A stretch of DNA of 24,000 nucleotides, taken from contig WGMD01000009.1 in assembly GCA_016125255.1 (NCBI GenBank), positions 225,303-249,302 on the forward strand, read 5' to 3'. This stretch comes from Planctomycetota bacterium (GTDB taxonomy: Bacteria > Planctomycetota > Phycisphaerae > Phycisphaerales > Zrk34). The notes under the pieces are model-generated. The model was not told the origin of the DNA. It worked only from the letters and a program-made list of their open reading frames with translations, and did no database searches. The translations under genes and the position numbers were made by a program. Positions 21,317 through 24,000 of this stretch are shown piece by piece (the stretch's first letter is position 1; every line of letters starts with the position of its first letter).

Positions 21317-22345
21317 ATGGCGGAAGTCCTTGATCAGGGTGATGTTGATGCATTGCTGGCGGCGATCGGCGGCGGGGAAGTCGCCGCGGCCGAAGCCGGC
21401 GAAGCGTCCAACGTGCAGGTCTTTTCCAATCAGCGTCGCCCGACCAAGCAGCTTGAAATCCGCCTCTACGACTTTAAGCGCCCGGAGCGCGTCAGTAAGG
21501 ACCAGATGCGCGCCTTGGAGCAGCTTCATGAGGGCTTCGGCCGCAACTTCGGCGCGCAGCTCTCGGGCTTTCTCCGCACGATCGTCGAAGTGAAAGTGGC
21601 GAACATTGAGCAGCTTACCTACGCCGAGTTCACGCAGGGGCTGCCCAATCCGACGAGCTTTAATCTGCTGCGCTGCGAGCCGCTCGAAGGGCAGATGTGC
21701 CTGGAGATCAGCCCGCTGATCATCTACCCGATCATCGACCGTCTGCTCGGCGGGTCGAACGCCGAGTTGTTCATCCCGCAGCGTCCGCTCACGCAGATCG
21801 AGCAGCGACTCGTGAGCAAGATCACCGATCGCGCGACCAGCGCGCTGACGGAGGCCTGGTCCGCGCTGACGCCGGTGCGTTTCACGCTGGCCGAGACGGA
21901 GTCGAACCCGCAGCTTGTGCAGATCGTGCCGCCCAACGAAGTGGTGGTGGTGGTGGGGTTTGAATTGAAGATGGGCGGGCGCGCCGGGACGATGAGCTTG
22001 TGCATCCCGTTCAACGTCATCGAGCCGGTGATCGACAAGCTTTCGAGTCAGAGCTGGAACTCCTACACGCGCAGCAAGGCCAACACGAGTCTGCGCACGC
22101 GGCTCGCCGACAAGCTCAATCGCGCCCCGCTGATGTCGACCGCGCTGCTCGCCGAGACGACGATCACGCTGCGCGACCTGATGAACATGGCGCCTGGCGA
22201 CGTGATCCTCACCGACAAGGCCGCCGCCCAACCCGTCGTGCTGACGCTCGAGGGCAAAAAGAAGTTCCTCGCCAACCTCGGGCAGTACCGCGGCAACCGG
22301 GCCCTGAAAATCACCCGCGCGATCACACCCAAAGACCGCGTGTGA
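21317..22345 (+). CDS. fliM: flagellar motor switch protein FliM
   Basis: 342 aa. The N-terminal peptide VLDQGDVDALLAA resembles the CheY-P-binding LSQxEIDALL motif. FliM middle domain: YDFKRPERVSKDQMRALEQLHEGFGRNF, LEISPLIIYPIIDRLLGG. C-terminal FliN/SpoA-like domain: ITLRDLMNMAPGDVILTDK ... LEGKKKFLANLGQYRGNRALKI. Confidence 0.92.
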   Translation: MAEVLDQGDVDALLAAIGGGEVAAAEAGEASNVQVFSNQRRPTKQLEIRLYDFKRPERVSKDQMRALEQLHEGFGRNFGAQLSGFLRTIVEVKVANIEQLTYAEFTQGLPNPTSFNLLRCEPLEGQMCLEISPLIIYPIIDRLLGGSNAELFIPQRPLTQIEQRLVSKITDRATSALTEAWSALTPVRFTLAETESNPQLVQIVPPNEVVVVVGFELKMGGRAGTMSLCIPFNVIEPVIDKLSSQSWNSYTRSKANTSLRTRLADKLNRAPLMSTALLAETTITLRDLMNMAPGDVILTDKAAAQPVVLTLEGKKKFLANLGQYRGNRALKITRAITPKDRV

Positions 22346-22361
22346 TTCGCCGTCTTCCCGT

Positions 22362-23477
22362 TTAGCGAGCCGACTTGTCGCGTGTTTTTTCTTCCAGCCA
22401 TTTCGCCACCGGCCCGTCCCTGATCATGATCCCGGCCAGTTCCCCCCACGGAATCGTGATGCTGTACGCCCCCTCCGCGTACGAACCCACTTCATAGGGC
22501 GAAAAGTAAAACCGCAACCCCGACGGCACGACGGCGAACGTGTGCAGATTGTCGATCGAAATCGGCGGCTTCGTCCGACCCGCTTCATAATCGCTCAGCG
22601 AAGTCGCCCCCGCAGCCCGCAGCGCCTTGCAGCACAATTCAACCAGTTTCTCCTTCGCCGCCGGCGTGTCGACGATGACATCCTCTAGCACGACCGCGCC
22701 GACCGAACCGTCATCACGCTGTGCGAATACGCGCGCATTGAGATTCGAGTTGCCATGCGCCCCGCCGGTGTAGGCATAGTCCGTGATGACCGCGCTGATC
22801 ATCGTCGGGTCATCGAGCAGCATCTCCACGGACGTTTCTCCCTCCCAGTAATTCGTTGCGCTTGGCTCCCACATACTCTCCCATACATCCCGCCAACTCG
22901 TGCTCTCGTTCAGCGACCCGGCGGACGCGCGGGCCATCAGCATCAACTCCGCCCGCATCGCGTCACGCAGCGGCGAGCCCTTCAGATCGGGCACTTCCGC
23001 CGTGTAGTGCGCTGCCCATCCCCGATCGCCGATCCGCACGCCGGTCCGTCGCTCGATGCGCCAGTTGGTCATCACCCGATCAAAAGCCATCGCCTGCGGC
23101 GGACCATCGCCGATGATCAGCTCGCCGGTGAGCCGGCCTGATGCGTCGTCCAGCTTTCCCCTCAGGTGCAGCTTTACATCCTGATTCGGATTGACATCGA
23201 TCCGCACCGACCCGCCCGCGTCGATTTCGCCTTCGATCCACTGGCCCGTGTGCTCGTCATTCTCCAGTTCAATCGACCCGCCCAGCTTGTCCTCGCGCGG
23301 ATAGAGGGTCATCGTCACCGCCCGCCCGTCCGGCAGCGTGCCCATGTAATACCCGCCCGGCGTCGGGCCTTCGTGTTCGTAGGGCATGAGCAGAACGATC
23401 AGCATCGTCACGACGATCCCCGCCGCCGCCGCGAGCGCGCCCAACGTCCAGAGAATGCGGCGTTTCGTCGGCGTCAT
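22362..23477 (-). CDS. membrane-anchored DUF3298 (PdaC/RsiV-like) domain protein
   Basis: 371 aa with an N-terminal TM anchor (ILWTLGALAAAAGIVVTMLIVLLM). The C-terminal region has the DUF3298 signature (VITDYAYTGGAHGNSN ... FYFSPYEVGSYAEGAYSITIP). Confidence 0.82.
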   Translation of the reverse strand: MTPTKRRILWTLGALAAAAGIVVTMLIVLLMPYEHEGPTPGGYYMGTLPDGRAVTMTLYPREDKLGGSIELENDEHTGQWIEGEIDAGGSVRIDVNPNQDVKLHLRGKLDDASGRLTGELIIGDGPPQAMAFDRVMTNWRIERRTGVRIGDRGWAAHYTAEVPDLKGSPLRDAMRAELMLMARASAGSLNESTSWRDVWESMWEPSATNYWEGETSVEMLLDDPTMISAVITDYAYTGGAHGNSNLNARVFAQRDDGSVGAVVLEDVIVDTPAAKEKLVELCCKALRAAGATSLSDYEAGRTKPPISIDNLHTFAVVPSGLRFYFSPYEVGSYAEGAYSITIPWGELAGIMIRDGPVAKWLEEKTRDKSAR

Positions 23478-23481
23478 GGCT

Positions 23482-24000
23482 TTACGCTCCGTCGGATTTG
23501 GGCTTGCTGTTGCGGGCGACGAGGCGGTGGGTGTGCGTGGGGCTCAGGGCTTTGAGATAGTCGAGGATGCGGTAGCCGCGCGGAACGCAGAGTTCCAGCT
23601 TCGGGTGGTCGAGCAGATTCACCACATGTCGGGCCACGGTGTCCGGCTCGATCGCGTGCGGGCGGACCACGTTCCAGAGCAGCTCCATCGGTTTGGACGT
23701 ATGAAAGTACGGCGTGTTCACGACGCCCGGGTGCACATACGAAAAATGCACGCCCGAGTCGGCGTAATCGGCGGCGAGCGTCTGCGTGAGCGCGACCAGC
23801 GCGGACTTGGTCGGCGTGTAGGTGGCGTGACCCCAGGGCGACATCTTGGCGGAGATCGAAGCGATGTTGATCACATGTCCGCGCCGCTGCCGGAGCATCG
23901 ACGGCAGCGTTTCACGAATCAGGCGCGACGGGGCGAGGTAGTTGAGGCGGTGGAGGTAGTCTTCCGTGTCGGTCGTCTGATCGAGGAACCGGCCGTACAT
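23482..24000 (-). CDS. short-chain dehydrogenase/reductase (SDR), C-terminal part only (5' end beyond window)
   Basis: Catalytic Ser and YxxxK (NIASISAKMS ... YTPTKSAL), followed by VHPGVVNTPYF. No Rossmann TGxxxGxG is seen, so the N-terminus lies outside the window. The ATG at 24000 is an edge artefact. Confidence 0.85.
   Translation of the reverse strand: MYGRFLDQTTDTEDYLHRLNYLAPSRLIRETLPSMLRQRRGHVINIASISAKMSPWGHATYTPTKSALVALTQTLAADYADSGVHFSYVHPGVVNTPYFHTSKPMELLWNVVRPHAIEPDTVARHVVNLLDHPKLELCVPRGYRILDYLKALSPTHTHRLVARNSKPKSDGA

Noticed and set aside
19287-21593. 768-aa plus-strand ORF, the longest in the track
   Set aside because: It is exactly antisense to the well-supported dsbD gene and runs across the dsbD/fliM spacer. 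Its composition is dominated by R, D, E, G and A, with no recognisable motifs. It is a typical stop-codon-poor mirror frame in GC-rich DNA.
1-24000. Search for tRNA/rRNA genes, CRISPR arrays, transposases/integrases, prophage or defence-island signatures
   Set aside because: All intergenic gaps are 175 bp or shorter and are accounted for. There are no spaced direct-repeat arrays, no recombinase-like ORFs, and no compositional island apart from the ~70-bp AT-rich palindrome. The window looks like core chromosome.

Overview
This is a GC-rich chromosomal window (roughly two-thirds G+C by eye) from a Gram-negative-type bacterium. Gene content fits a PVC/Planctomycetota-like genome, but that is only a guess. 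I support 26 protein-coding genes. I saw no rRNA, tRNA, CRISPR array, transposase or integrase. Gene order: (1) a small membrane ORF, then mreB-mreC-mreD (+). (2) Two minus-strand genes, each with its own promoter: a Cys-rich secreted protein of no recognisable family, and a Zn-ribbon/TM/vWA protein. (3) A truncated dcw block, rsmH / TM-anchored double-LysM protein / ftsL-like / ftsI (+), with no mraZ upstream and no mur, ftsW or ftsQAZ downstream. (4) A tightly coupled minus-strand LPS-core operon: GT9 heptosyltransferase, DUF2062, maf, lpxK, hldE. (5) A PhyH dioxygenase (-) divergent from an AraC regulator followed by a two-domain PTPS (+). (6) A minus-strand operon: dsbD, two tandem paralogous secreted esterases, ridA. 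(7) An isolated fliM (+). (8) A DUF3298 membrane protein and a partial SDR (-). Best leads: (a) the LysM protein inserted between rsmH and ftsL has FtsN-like architecture and may be an undescribed divisome component, sitting in a reduced morphogenesis neighbourhood next to mreBCD. (b) A roughly 30-bp hairpin between mreB and mreC is built from inverted arrays of heptad repeats. (c) A -10-like hexamer lies 5-7 nt upstream of the ATG at five genes, which suggests leaderless mRNAs. (d) An AT-rich nested palindrome lies between ftsI and hldE. (e) GC-rich CCCTCCC/GGGAGGG hairpin repeats and a G9 tract lie at the maf-lpxK junction, and one repeat encodes the maf C-terminal tail. Many long ORFs in the six-frame track are antisense artefacts of the high GC content and were rejected. 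Several ORF starts were trimmed to internal ATG or GTG codons.
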